From Acidimicrobiia bacterium (lineage in GTDB: Bacteria; Actinomycetota; Acidimicrobiia; Spongiisociales; ZC4RG35): a DNA stretch of 64,000 nt. Shown here piece after piece: positions 28,739 through 37,973 of this stretch. The stretch covers positions 56,599-120,598 of the forward strand of contig DATDPT010000069.1 of the NCBI GenBank assembly GCA_035292605.1, written 5' to 3'. A program made the translations under genes and the position numbers. A model generated the notes under the pieces. The model was given only the letters and a program-made list of their open reading frames with translations, made no database searches and had not been told where the DNA came from. Numbering within the stretch: position 1 is the stretch's first letter; the number at the start of each line of letters is the position of its first letter.

Positions 28739-29193
28739 ACAGCGTCAGACACTGCGATCGTCTCCCCGGGTTTCATGGTGCCTCCGGGAATCGTCCACAG
28801 CGTGTTGTCCGTGCGCTTGCCAAGGAGGACCCGGCCTTCGTCGTCGGTGACGACCGCCGACGCGGCGGGTACGACGCGAGTCGCCCGGGAGCGTCGGGGT
28901 CGTTGAAGTGGTCGATGCGAGTCATGGTGCTGGGATCGGTTCCGAGACAGGTTCAGGCAAGGTGACCTTTCCCAAACAAGCTTGGGTCGGGGATCCGAGC
29001 AGCAACGCTGACACCGCCCGAGGGCGATCCGGATCGAATGACCCCCGGCCAGGCGACCTATCTTGATCGACCGCCGAAGAGGAGAGGTGGCAAAGGCCAG
29101 AGAGCCCCGGGAGCTGGTTCGACCGGACAGTCCCTAATATCAGAGTAGCCAGACTCACGGCACGGGATTCTCTATGGATGGTGCGACTAGCAG

Positions 29194-30315
29194 ATGAAGA
29201 GGCGCAGAGCCGCAGGGCTGATCATGGGAATGGCACTTGTAACGGTGAGTGGCGCCATCGGTTGGTATGCATCCTCCCTAATCCAGCCCAGCGATCAAGA
29301 GACTCTTGATGGGGAGAAGAGGTCGTTGCCCATCACAGTGCCTGTGGAAAGCGGAGTCCTAACGTCAACCGTCGTCACTCGAGGCAGAATCGAGTACTCA
29401 ACTACTCGAAGCCTGCAAGGTTCCCTTTGGGATGGTTCTCTCCTCCCAGTTATTACCATGGCTCCAGAGATTGGGACTGAGATCTCCGCGGGCGACGTGA
29501 TTTACGAATTGGCTACCCGTCCGACTATCGCTCTTCGGGGGCCCTATCCGCTGTTCCGCGACCTTGAGCCCGGCGACCAGGGTGACGATGTCCAAATGGT
29601 CCAGAAGGCGCTCGCGGCTATTGGGATCGATCCGGGGCCAGCCGACGGGACATTCCGGAGGGCGACTCAGCGAGCAGTCGATATCCTCTACACGGAGAGG
29701 GGCTATCGACCGATAGGTTCCACGGGAGAAGCCAAGAGTCTCTCGGAGATAATTCTGCCTATGGCCGAAGTGGCAGTCTTCAATCAGCTCCCCGTGATTG
29801 TCATCACATCTCGATCTGTGGGCGAGGTCGTTGATAGTGACGTACTCACCGTCGCGATATCAGGCATAAGCGTTGCGTCTTCTCTAACCACAGCCCAGCG
29901 GGAGCTCGTGGATGTAGGGGATCCAGTTTTGATTGAATCGACTGTATTGGGATTGTCGATGGCTGGTGTGGTGAGCCAGGTCGCCGACCAGCCTGGCGGC
30001 GAAGGCCTCGACCAGAATCAGTACCGCCTGGAAATTGATCCTGTGGATAACGTGCCTGACGCCTTGGTTGATGCAGATGTTCGGGTTACGGTCGAACCGG
30101 AATCGACGCCCGAAGCGGTACTACACGTCCCCTTTGCGGCAATATCGTCGGATGCCGACGGTCGCGCCTGGATCGCCGTGCTGCGTGACGATGTCGAGGT
30201 CGAGATCGTATACGTTGAAACGGGGCTCTCTGCGGGTGGGCGCGTCGAGATTCTGTCGAATTCCGGCGACCTGGCTGCTGGTGACCTGGTCGTGGTAGGC
30301 GAGGACATTGACTAA
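29194..30315 (+). CDS. Periplasmic adaptor (HlyD/MacA-like) with a peptidoglycan-binding domain
   Basis: N-terminal TM, PG_binding_1-like block (GDQGDDVQMVQKALAAIGIDPGPADGTFRRATQRAV), C-terminal beta-barrel-like region. Upstream of an ABC ATPase and an FtsX permease. Confidence 0.7.
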   Translation: MKRRRAAGLIMGMALVTVSGAIGWYASSLIQPSDQETLDGEKRSLPITVPVESGVLTSTVVTRGRIEYSTTRSLQGSLWDGSLLPVITMAPEIGTEISAGDVIYELATRPTIALRGPYPLFRDLEPGDQGDDVQMVQKALAAIGIDPGPADGTFRRATQRAVDILYTERGYRPIGSTGEAKSLSEIILPMAEVAVFNQLPVIVITSRSVGEVVDSDVLTVAISGISVASSLTTAQRELVDVGDPVLIESTVLGLSMAGVVSQVADQPGGEGLDQNQYRLEIDPVDNVPDALVDADVRVTVEPESTPEAVLHVPFAAISSDADGRAWIAVLRDDVEVEIVYVETGLSAGGRVEILSNSGDLAAGDLVVVGEDID

Positions 30316-31012
30316 CCCAATCACCTATGAGATGCCTAGAATCCGACTGAACAAAGTGTCGCGATCCTACGGCCAAGTCACGCCAGTAAGAGCGGTCGTC
30401 GACGTGGACCTGACGATCAACTCTGGAGAGTACGTCTCGATAGTCGGCCCTTCCGGATCAGGAAAAACGACCCTCCTTGGCGTCTTAGGCTGTCTCGACG
30501 CGCCTTCGCTCGGCTCTTACCACTTCGACGGTGTTGACGTTGCCACAATGGACGACAACGCCCGTAGTTTGCTTCGGGCATTGAGAATCGGCTTTGTGTT
30601 TCAGACCTTCCACTTGATGGCGCATCGTTCAGTCGAGGAGAACGTGTACACCGCCCTGATGTATGCCGGGGTATCGCGCAGCGAGAGAAGCAGCCGCGTC
30701 AACGATGCTCTCCAAATCGTTGGTTTGGCGAACAGAGCCTCCTTTTTGACAAAGACCCTGTCAGGAGGTGAGAAACAGCGAGTCGCAATCGCTCGTGCCA
30801 TCGTTAAACAGCCAGAACTGCTTCTGTGTGACGAACCAACCGGAAACCTCGACTCTTCCACATCGGCACCAATCCTCGATCTGCTTGATCAACTCGTTGG
30901 CCCACGGGGATTGACGCTCGTGGTTGTGACGCACGACCATTCGGTCAGCAAACGAGCCTCAAGAGGAATCACCATGCAAGACGGAAAAGTCACCAAAGAT
31001 GAGCAGAATTGA
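30308..31012 (+). CDS. ABC transporter ATP-binding protein (MacB/LolD type)
   Basis: Walker [10 protein letters not shown], signature [14 protein letters not shown], Walker [13 protein letters not shown]. Confidence 0.9.
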   Translation: MTNPITYEMPRIRLNKVSRSYGQVTPVRAVVDVDLTINSGEYVSIVGPSGSGKTTLLGVLGCLDAPSLGSYHFDGVDVATMDDNARSLLRALRIGFVFQTFHLMAHRSVEENVYTALMYAGVSRSERSSRVNDALQIVGLANRASFLTKTLSGGEKQRVAIARAIVKQPELLLCDEPTGNLDSSTSAPILDLLDQLVGPRGLTLVVVTHDHSVSKRASRGITMQDGKVTKDEQN

Positions 31013-32244
31013 TGCCCCCGCGACGTTTGGGTCGTCTATCGCTGCTTGATCTCGTCGATGAAGCGATAGCGGGGCTCCTCATGAGGCCCGGTCGAACGGC
31101 TTTGACGATTCTTGGCTCGGTCGTAGGCATGGCCGCGATCATTGCCACGATTGGGATCGCGCAGAGTTCCGAAGATCGCATTCTCTCAAGGTTCGAAGAG
31201 TTCGGCGGGAGCTTCGTGATTGTCGGACGGACGTCGCCGGACTCGAGCACGGTCCTAGATCTAGCGTCGGACGTTATTCCCAGTGACGCGGACGCTCGCC
31301 TCAGTCACGTTGAGGGCATTGAGGCGGTCGGTTTGCTGTCGGTAGTAGACCTGGGTTCCGGGACCGTTGAGTCCGGCCTCGTCGGTAACACAGCCGGTCA
31401 ATCTGAGTTCCAACTTCCGGTTGTTGCCGCCACTCCGGAGATCTTTGCTGCTGCAAGGGCCTCGATAAGAGAAGGACGTCTTTTCGACGCAGGCCACTCG
31501 TCGCGCGGCGACAGAGTTGCAGTGGTCGGAAGTCGGGCAGCTACGAGACTCCATATTCACAGTCTCGAGGGCCAACCGGCGATCTTTGTGGAGGGCATCC
31601 CGCTGGTTGTTATAGGACTGCTCGAGAACGTTGGAGACCAAGAGCGTCTATTAGACAGCATCATTGTCCCTTCCGGTACGGCTGCGAAAGCATTCGGCAC
31701 TGTTGGAGTCGACGAGGTCGTTATCCGAACCTCTCCTGGAGCTGCGACCGATGTGGGACGACGTGTAGCGACGACCTTGTCACCCAACAACCCGAGCGCT
31801 CTGGAGGTTCGAGTACCTCGCGAGCCGATAGCTGTGAGATCCGCTATCAGTGGCGACCTAGATACGCTCATATTCGTCCTCGCTGGGCTGGCGCTGTTGA
31901 CAGGCGCAATTGGAATAGCGAACGTCATGTTGGTGGCAGTGCTGGAACGGGTGAGCGAGATCGGCGTACGCCGCTCGCTGGGTGCCACACGAGCACAAAT
32001 CGCCATGCAGTTTCTACTCGAGGCGGCCCTCATCGGACTCATTGGAGGCGTCGTGGCTTCTTCTCTGGGCTTGGTCACCGTTGTCGGCGTATCAGCGGTA
32101 CGTGGTTGGACACCGACGATGGATTCGTGGGTGCCCCTAGTGACACCGATAGCTGGCGTCTTTGAAGGGCTTGTTGCCGGCCTTCTTCCGGCCCGACGCG
32201 CAGCGTCGCTTCATCCGATGGAGGCATTGAGAACGACTGGATAG
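31009..32244 (+). CDS. ABC transporter permease, FtsX/MacB family
   Basis: 411 aa with an N-terminal TM, a large extracytoplasmic domain and three C-terminal TM helices. ATGA overlap with the ATPase gene. Confidence 0.85.
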   Translation: MMPPRRLGRLSLLDLVDEAIAGLLMRPGRTALTILGSVVGMAAIIATIGIAQSSEDRILSRFEEFGGSFVIVGRTSPDSSTVLDLASDVIPSDADARLSHVEGIEAVGLLSVVDLGSGTVESGLVGNTAGQSEFQLPVVAATPEIFAAARASIREGRLFDAGHSSRGDRVAVVGSRAATRLHIHSLEGQPAIFVEGIPLVVIGLLENVGDQERLLDSIIVPSGTAAKAFGTVGVDEVVIRTSPGAATDVGRRVATTLSPNNPSALEVRVPREPIAVRSAISGDLDTLIFVLAGLALLTGAIGIANVMLVAVLERVSEIGVRRSLGATRAQIAMQFLLEAALIGLIGGVVASSLGLVTVVGVSAVRGWTPTMDSWVPLVTPIAGVFEGLVAGLLPARRAASLHPMEALRTTG

Positions 32245-32339
32245 GTGTCAAGGGTTTCAGTCCCTGCGGACCTGTCAGATCCTCTGTGCAAGAGGGGCGG
32301 CCTGACATAGTGACCCTGGCGGTTGGAGTCGGGGTCCGT

Positions 32340-33044
32340 GGAAGGACAAATGATGACGGAGAGGAAGACGATCGAGGAGGGTTTGTCTTCGGCTGAGAGG
32401 TCGGCTGAGGGAACCTCTGGTGCCCGACGAGGTGTTGGACGAGCTGATGGCTCGTGTCGACGCTGAGGGGGCTGAACTGTTGGGCCCTGACGGCGTATTC
32501 TCTACGCTCGGGGGATGACGGTGCGGGACATCCGTTCGCATCTGGAGGAGATCTACGGGGTCGACGTCTCCCCGGATGTGATCTCCCGGGTCACCGATGC
32601 GGTGTGGGACGAACTGGATGAGTGGCGGAACCGGCCCCTCGATGAGGTGTATCCGACCCTCTACGTCGACGCGTTGAACATCAAGATCCGTGATGGGATC
32701 GTCTCCAATCGGCCCGCTTACCTGGCCCGTAGGCGTCGATTTGGAGGGCAGGAAACACGTCCTGGGGATCTGGATCGGCGACTCCGACGGGGAACGCTCC
32801 AAGTTCTGGCTCAGTGTTCTCACTGAGCTGAGAAACCGAGACTGCGCGGTGAGGCGGGGAGCCGCCTGCCAGTGTCGATGCGCCGAGCAGGCCTGGCCGA
32901 GTTCGAAGCGGGTCTCGGAGCCCGCTACCCGGCGATCACCCGGCTGTGGCGGGACCAGTGAGACGTTCATCACGTTCCTCGCTTTCGCTGGCAAGGTGAG
33001 GCGGGTGGTCTACACCACCAACATGATCGAATCGATCAATTACC
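32340..33044 (+). pseudogene. IS256-family transposase, 5' portion (frameshifted, internally deleted)
   Basis: Fragments in two frames match the IS256 family: [42 protein letters not shown]...[35 protein letters not shown]. The central DDE region is missing. Confidence 0.7.
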
Positions 33045-34476
33045 GGCTCTACGCGATGAAGTGTGGGGCGTTGTGAGCTTGGGAGACTGATTCCGAAATC
33101 CATGGACGCGGGCAAGGGCCCCGTCATTCTGCGGATTGATCGTCTGCAGAAGGAGAGACCCTTGTCCGTGATTCAAGGTAGCCGTGGGGCCACCGTGCTG
33201 GTTGGTATGCCCGGTTTCGTGGTCGGCGTCCAGGAGCTGGTCGAAGGGGAACTGTGGCTGTATGTGGAGACGACCGCGGATGTGGTCGGCTGTCCTGGCT
33301 GTGAGTCCAGAGCGACAGGTCATGGTCGGGCCCGGACACTGGTGCGGGACCTTCCCATCTCGGGGACGCCGACCGTGCTCTTGTGGTCTAAGCGGCGCTG
33401 GCGTTGCTCCGATCCTGACTGTGAGGTGAACACCTGGTCGGAGACGTCTCCGCAGATCGCTCCGAGGGCGGTGTTGACCGAACGGGCGAGGAGACGGCTG
33501 GCGGACATGGTCAATGTCGACGGTGACTCGATCGCTGCGGCGGCGGCCGAGTTGGGGGTTGGCTGGCATACCGCCAACCAGGCGGTGGCAGATCACACCG
33601 ACCCGCATGTCGAAGATCCTGACCGGCTAGTGGGTGTGGAAGCGATTGGGGTGGACGAGAAACGGTTCCTCAACGCCACCCCTGAGCGTCGGACCGTCTA
33701 TACGACTCAGATCGTCGACTTGGACCGTCACCGGCTCCTCGATGTGATCGAAGGCCGCTCCCAGGACGTGTTGGGCAGCTGGCTCGAGGCCCGGAGGGTC
33801 GACTGGTGCGCCAGGATCCGGTTGGCCAGTTTGGACCCGGCTGCCGGTTACCGCCGAGCCTTCGAAGAGCATCTTCCCAATGCCACCCTGGTAGTGGATC
33901 ATTTTCATGCGGTGAGGCTGGCCAACCGGGCCATCGATGATGTCCGCCGCCGTGTCCAACAACAGACATTCGGTCACCGAGGCAGAAAGGCCGACCCGCT
34001 GTATCGAGCACGCAGGGTCCTCCTCACCGCCGATGAGCGTCTCAGCGAGGAACGGTTCCAATGGATGGCAGGCCTGCTCGAGATCGGAGATCCCGACGGG
34101 GAGGTCAGCGCCGCCTGGGTCGCCAAGGAGCTACTCCGAGACGTCTATCAAGCAGTGGACCAGGCCCACGCCCGCCGGCGGATGATCGCCTTCTACATCT
34201 ACTGCGGCGACGCCGACATCCCCGAACTGGCTCGCCTCGCCCGCACCGTCAGCCGCTGGTCAGAGCAGATCTTCGCCTACCACTCCACCGGACGGGCGTC
34301 CAACGGACGAGTCGAGAACACCCACATGCTCGCCGAGAAGATCCGCCGCAACGCCCACGGATTCCGAAACCACGACCACTACCGCCGGCGCCTAATCGGA
34401 CGACTCGGCGTCAAATGGCATACTCAGACCACCGCACGAATACGAGGCCACCAACCACGGTTCATCGCGTAGAGCC
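33045..34476 (+). mobile_element. ISL3-family insertion sequence inserted into the IS256 transposase gene
   Basis: Terminal inverted repeats GGCTCTACGCGATGAA(GTGTGG) at 33045 and reverse-complemented at 34476. Perfect 8-bp direct repeats CAATTACC at 33037-33044 and 34477-34484. Confidence 0.8.
33063..34472 (+). CDS. ISL3-family transposase
   Basis: Typical ISL3 blocks: VGCPGCESRA zinc-ribbon-like N-terminus, VEAIGVDEKRF, VVDHFHAVRLANRAIDDVRRR, MAEKIRRNAHGFRN. The true start may be an internal codon. Confidence 0.85.
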   Translation: MGRCELGRLIPKSMDAGKGPVILRIDRLQKERPLSVIQGSRGATVLVGMPGFVVGVQELVEGELWLYVETTADVVGCPGCESRATGHGRARTLVRDLPISGTPTVLLWSKRRWRCSDPDCEVNTWSETSPQIAPRAVLTERARRRLADMVNVDGDSIAAAAAELGVGWHTANQAVADHTDPHVEDPDRLVGVEAIGVDEKRFLNATPERRTVYTTQIVDLDRHRLLDVIEGRSQDVLGSWLEARRVDWCARIRLASLDPAAGYRRAFEEHLPNATLVVDHFHAVRLANRAIDDVRRRVQQQTFGHRGRKADPLYRARRVLLTADERLSEERFQWMAGLLEIGDPDGEVSAAWVAKELLRDVYQAVDQAHARRRMIAFYIYCGDADIPELARLARTVSRWSEQIFAYHSTGRASNGRVENTHMLAEKIRRNAHGFRNHDHYRRRLIGRLGVKWHTQTTARIRGHQPRFIA

Positions 34477-34599
34477 CAATTACCAGCTACCAAGCACCGA
34501 GGGCACTTCCCCAACGAGCGGGCCGCCCTCAAACTGCTCTACCTGGCAGTCCGAAACATCACAACCGAGAGAGGAGGCGACACCGGCACCGGAACATAG
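34477..34599 (+). pseudogene. IS256-family transposase, 3' fragment
   Basis: In a shifted frame: LPATKHRGHFPNERAALKLLYLAVRNITTE, the conserved IS256 C-terminal block, continuing the gene interrupted at 33044. Confidence 0.65.
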
Positions 34600-34773
34600 G
34601 GATGGACCTACTGTCTGAACCAGCTGGCCATCTACTTCCCCGGGCGATTCGACATCGCCTAAACCAATGACCCAGCCGCACCACTTACACAGGCAATCGG
34701 ACAGGCCCGTCCCCGCTGCAGAGGAACTCTGTCACCGATGTCATTCCCTGATACCTACGATCTTGAGGGGACG

Positions 34774-35670
34774 CTAGTCGAGAGTTTCCACCAGGTCCTG
34801 GTTTTCCGCTACGAATCGAGACCGGTACTCCTGAAAAACAGACGCTAACTCCGATCTTCGTTCCTCCAGTCTGAGCCTTTCAGAACACTCCCATACGGAC
34901 TTGGCAAGACCAATCTCGTATTGTCGGATGTCTTCCATCGCCGCCACATACTCGCGCTCAGTCGAATCGGGGTTGATTGACTCAATCTGCGTCCGAACGA
35001 GGCCGTATACATCGTCAGGATTCTGGACGGATGTGTACCCCTCGGACCTGATGCACGCTGCCAACTCGTCATTGAGAGCGGCGACCTGCGGATCCCGCTC
35101 CGCCAGTTCCAGAAAGTCGCGGAGGCCTGCTTGGAACTCTTGTCCGGCTGCCCATTCAGGATGAGCGCCCTCCCACTCGCCGTTGGCCCAAGCAGTGCAC
35201 CCTCCCTGAACAATCTCGCCGTCGATCTCAACCGTGGACCAGAGTGCTGCTTGTTCAGCTGGGTCCTCGTCGGCGGCCGGCGTTTCACCCCCGCGTACCC
35301 AGTCTGGCACGTCCTCGTTTTCATAGATGGAGAGGTAGCCTGAAGCTATTCCAAACCCGTGGTATTCGACGCGCTCGTACCCTTCCGCAATTTCGCCGCT
35401 TGGCGTTGTGAGTGGGGGTTCCTGCCACGACTCGGCAGCGGTGGCCAAATAGCCGGTGAACCCCTGAGCCCGCATGCATTGAGTAATCAAGTCGTTGACT
35501 TCTGGTCCACGCGCCTGAGCAAGTCCAGCCATCGCTTCGTCGACCTGCTCAATGATCTCGTCTGGGTTCGCTGAACCGCCACAGGCGACCACGAGAACAG
35601 CTACCCCAACTACGATCCTGAAAGCGAGGCGCTCTCTCGACGCGGGCTCTCGGGGACCTTGCGTCACCAA
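34774..35670 (-). CDS. Lipoprotein, function unknown
   Basis: Lipobox LVVACGG after a hydrophobic N-terminus; acidic, Trp-rich; sits in a lower-GC stretch. Confidence 0.5.
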   Translation of the reverse strand: MVTQGPREPASRERLAFRIVVGVAVLVVACGGSANPDEIIEQVDEAMAGLAQARGPEVNDLITQCMRAQGFTGYLATAAESWQEPPLTTPSGEIAEGYERVEYHGFGIASGYLSIYENEDVPDWVRGGETPAADEDPAEQAALWSTVEIDGEIVQGGCTAWANGEWEGAHPEWAAGQEFQAGLRDFLELAERDPQVAALNDELAACIRSEGYTSVQNPDDVYGLVRTQIESINPDSTEREYVAAMEDIRQYEIGLAKSVWECSERLRLEERRSELASVFQEYRSRFVAENQDLVETLD

Positions 35671-35671
35671 C

Positions 35672-36052
35672 TTAGAAGTTCAGCCAATGACCGGTGTGGC
35701 ACGAGTAGTTGGGGGGATTCCAACACAATTGGTGACGTGACGTTGTTACTGACAAAAGGGTGGACGCGATTGCTGAGATCGTACCGACCGAGTCGGACGC
35801 ACCCGCCCTCCATGTCCCGCCGTTGTAGATGTCGACAATACCGAGGTCGCAATCTGAATCGGAAGAGTAAGTCTTCGCGAAGTAAGCGTATCCCGTAGTG
35901 TAGTCTCCGCGCCAATTCGAGTAGGTTCCCGAGCAGGTTCCACCTTGCACGTAGTAGGCCGCCTGAGCCGTGGCACCGGCTACCATCGCGAAGAGAAGCA
36001 CAAGGGCTGCGAGCAAACTGCCGAGGCGAGTTCTCGTCTGCAGGACGGACAT
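35672..36052 (-). CDS. Small secreted cysteine-containing protein (toxin/bacteriocin-like candidate)
   Basis: Signal peptide (LGSLLAALVLLFAMVAGATAQA), ~95-aa Gly/Tyr/Ser/Thr-rich mature part with 4 Cys. Sits 2 nt upstream of the lipoprotein gene. Confidence 0.5.
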   Translation of the reverse strand: MSVLQTRTRLGSLLAALVLLFAMVAGATAQAAYYVQGGTCSGTYSNWRGDYTTGYAYFAKTYSSDSDCDLGIVDIYNGGTWRAGASDSVGTISAIASTLLSVTTSRHQLCWNPPNYSCHTGHWLNF

Positions 36053-36237
36053 AGCATTCTCCTTTGTCAAGCCAACCCTAAAGCCCTCCGGTCCTTTCTA
36101 TGATAAGCGCTTTTGCCCCCCTCCTGCTGGTCTATCTTTCGCGTTCTCCGGCCCGAGCTCTCTGCTCTCACCTTTGTGACGTGAGCCCCGAATAGTGGTC
36201 CACCTTTTGTGGGAGTCTGATCCACGAGAGTGGGAGG

Positions 36238-36315
36238 ATGACCACGATGAAGAGGCACAGACATACCCCCGAGCAGGCGGTCCGGAAGCTCCGTGAGTCG
36301 CCGGCCTCCTGAAAC
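36238..36315 (+). pseudogene. IS3-family transposase OrfA N-terminal remnant
   Basis: MTTMKRHRHTPEQAVRKLRE then a stop, resembling the IS3-family HTH start (KRHTPEQIVRKLRE). Confidence 0.35.
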
Positions 36316-36344
36316 CGGCAGCAAGCCCCCATCTACCAGGGGTT

Positions 36345-36400
36345 TGCCTAGCGCGCCCGGGGTGACTCGAACACCCAACCTCCTGATCCGTAGATCTCCA
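36345..36400 (-). other. tRNA 3'-end-like fragment (T-arm plus acceptor 3' strand), possible attachment-site relic
   Basis: Reverse complement reads GGGTG-TTCGAGT-CACCC followed by CGGGCGCG (a perfect T-arm and acceptor 3' strand). No matching 5' half, so not an intact tRNA. Confidence 0.25.
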
Positions 36401-36755
36401 AGCGGTGTCCGTAGGCATCCACAGGAGTCCATTCGGCCAGGCGTCGCAGGCCTTCGGCTCCATCCCGGTCCACCTCCGTCCACGGCAATCCAGGCTGGAT
36501 GGCTCCCAACTTGGCTCCCAGAGGTCTGGCCCGCTACAGGAGCATCCAGGCCTTCACTTGGTTCATCGCGCCAATATGTCACAGGGACATCGCATACTCC
36601 ACACAGGCCGCGAACCTCGGGCTGGTCCGTCGGAGATTGGCCACCTAGGACCAAGCGTTTCACACCAGCCAGAAGAGGGACGGTGCCGGCGAGCACGGCT
36701 GCCATACTGAGAACAGAGCCCAAGGACACCACTAGGTCGGGAAGGAGCTGCGACG

Positions 36756-37973
36756 ATGACGGGTACCCCCAACGATGTGGCGACGCCGATCGTCGATATC
36801 AGGCCCCAAACTCCGATTGCACAATTGGACCGCTCGCGGTTCGGAGCCGAGGACTCGTTCAAGCCTGAGACGGTCGCGCCCGTCGTAGGCATGTCCCTGA
36901 CCTTCATCCGCAAGGTCGTCGGCCATCGCGGTTGGCTTTCCGGTGAGGACGTCCTTGCCCTGCTTGATCAGGACGCCTTCCATGAAACGTTCGTACCGCG
37001 AAGCAAGATTCTTGACTATCTCAAGGGATGCAACCAAGGCGACTCCGAATCGGTTGATGAGGTTCCAAACCCGGAGTCATGGGATCTGAGGCTCGGCAAC
37101 GCCCTCGACCTTGTGAGGGAGGTCACGGCGTCGTCTGTCAATTGCGTGGTGACCTCGACTCCCTACTGGGGGCTTCGTATCTATGAGGACACACAGGTGG
37201 TGGCATGGGCCGACGGCGAAGTCTGCGCCTACGGACACGAGCAGACCCCGGAAGGCTTTGCTCGGCACACGACCGAGACCCTATTGGCACTATCCCGGAT
37301 ATTGACCGATGACGGGTCGATCTGGTGGAACGTTATGGACTCATTCAATACGCGCACTCAGATCCGTGAGTCCGCAGCGGAGGCACTGCGTGCAATGCAA
37401 GGCATGGACTCCAGAAAATGGGGGGAGTACACGGCAAGACGGTACTCCGCTGGGCATTCGTACTTGAAGGACGGCGAGCAATGCCTGATCCCTCAGATGA
37501 TCGCCGAGCGAGCAAGCCGAGCGGGTCTCTACGTCAAGACGGTAATCACCTGGGCAAAGCGCTCCAGCATGCCCGAACCCCAGAATTCGCGGGTGTCGCG
37601 CAACTTGGAGTACGTGCTGCATATCACGAAGCAGCGCACTCCAAAGCTCGCGCGCCAGCCATACCACGACGCCGACCCCGAATTCGGTGGACGAAATAAC
37701 GGGTGGGAGTCTGAAAAGCTGTCTGACGTCTGGGTCTTGAGCACGTCATCGGGCGGCAATGGTCACGGAGCCCAATTCCCGACAGCACTTCCCGGCCGGT
37801 GTATAGCGCTATCGACCGAGCCAGGTGACGTTGTGTTGGACCCCTTCGTCGGCACGGGGACGTCAGGGATCGCAGCATTGCATCACGGCTGCTCATTCAT
37901 TGGGTTCGACACGTCCCAAACGTACTTGGCGATCGCCAAGGAGAAGCTCGGCAGCGTCAACGAAGGTCATTAG
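36756..37973 (+). CDS. Beta-class DNA amino-methyltransferase (N4-cytosine or N6-adenine)
   Basis: Motif IV variant VVTSTPYW before motif I DPFVGTGTSG (the beta permutation). RBS GGAAGGAG 8 nt upstream of the ATG. Confidence 0.8.
   Translation: MTGTPNDVATPIVDIRPQTPIAQLDRSRFGAEDSFKPETVAPVVGMSLTFIRKVVGHRGWLSGEDVLALLDQDAFHETFVPRSKILDYLKGCNQGDSESVDEVPNPESWDLRLGNALDLVREVTASSVNCVVTSTPYWGLRIYEDTQVVAWADGEVCAYGHEQTPEGFARHTTETLLALSRILTDDGSIWWNVMDSFNTRTQIRESAAEALRAMQGMDSRKWGEYTARRYSAGHSYLKDGEQCLIPQMIAERASRAGLYVKTVITWAKRSSMPEPQNSRVSRNLEYVLHITKQRTPKLARQPYHDADPEFGGRNNGWESEKLSDVWVLSTSSGGNGHGAQFPTALPGRCIALSTEPGDVVLDPFVGTGTSGIAALHHGCSFIGFDTSQTYLAIAKEKLGSVNEGH

Larger units (their letters stand above)
32296..34727. 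mobile_element. Degenerate IS256-family element (composite with the nested ISL3); ends approximate
   Basis: Imperfect inverted G-rich termini (GGGGCGGCCTGACA at the left, GGGGACGGGCCTGTC reverse-complemented at the right) flank the transposase fragments. Confidence 0.35.

Noticed and set aside
32275-32994. 239-aa minus-strand ORF
   Set aside because: Antisense to the IS256-family transposase fragments that carry recognisable conserved blocks.
36067-36732. 221-aa minus-strand ORF (and 36098..36463)
   Set aside because: Spans the IS3 remnant and the tRNA-like fragment; no RBS or start context and Gly/Arg-rich; considered non-coding scar sequence.
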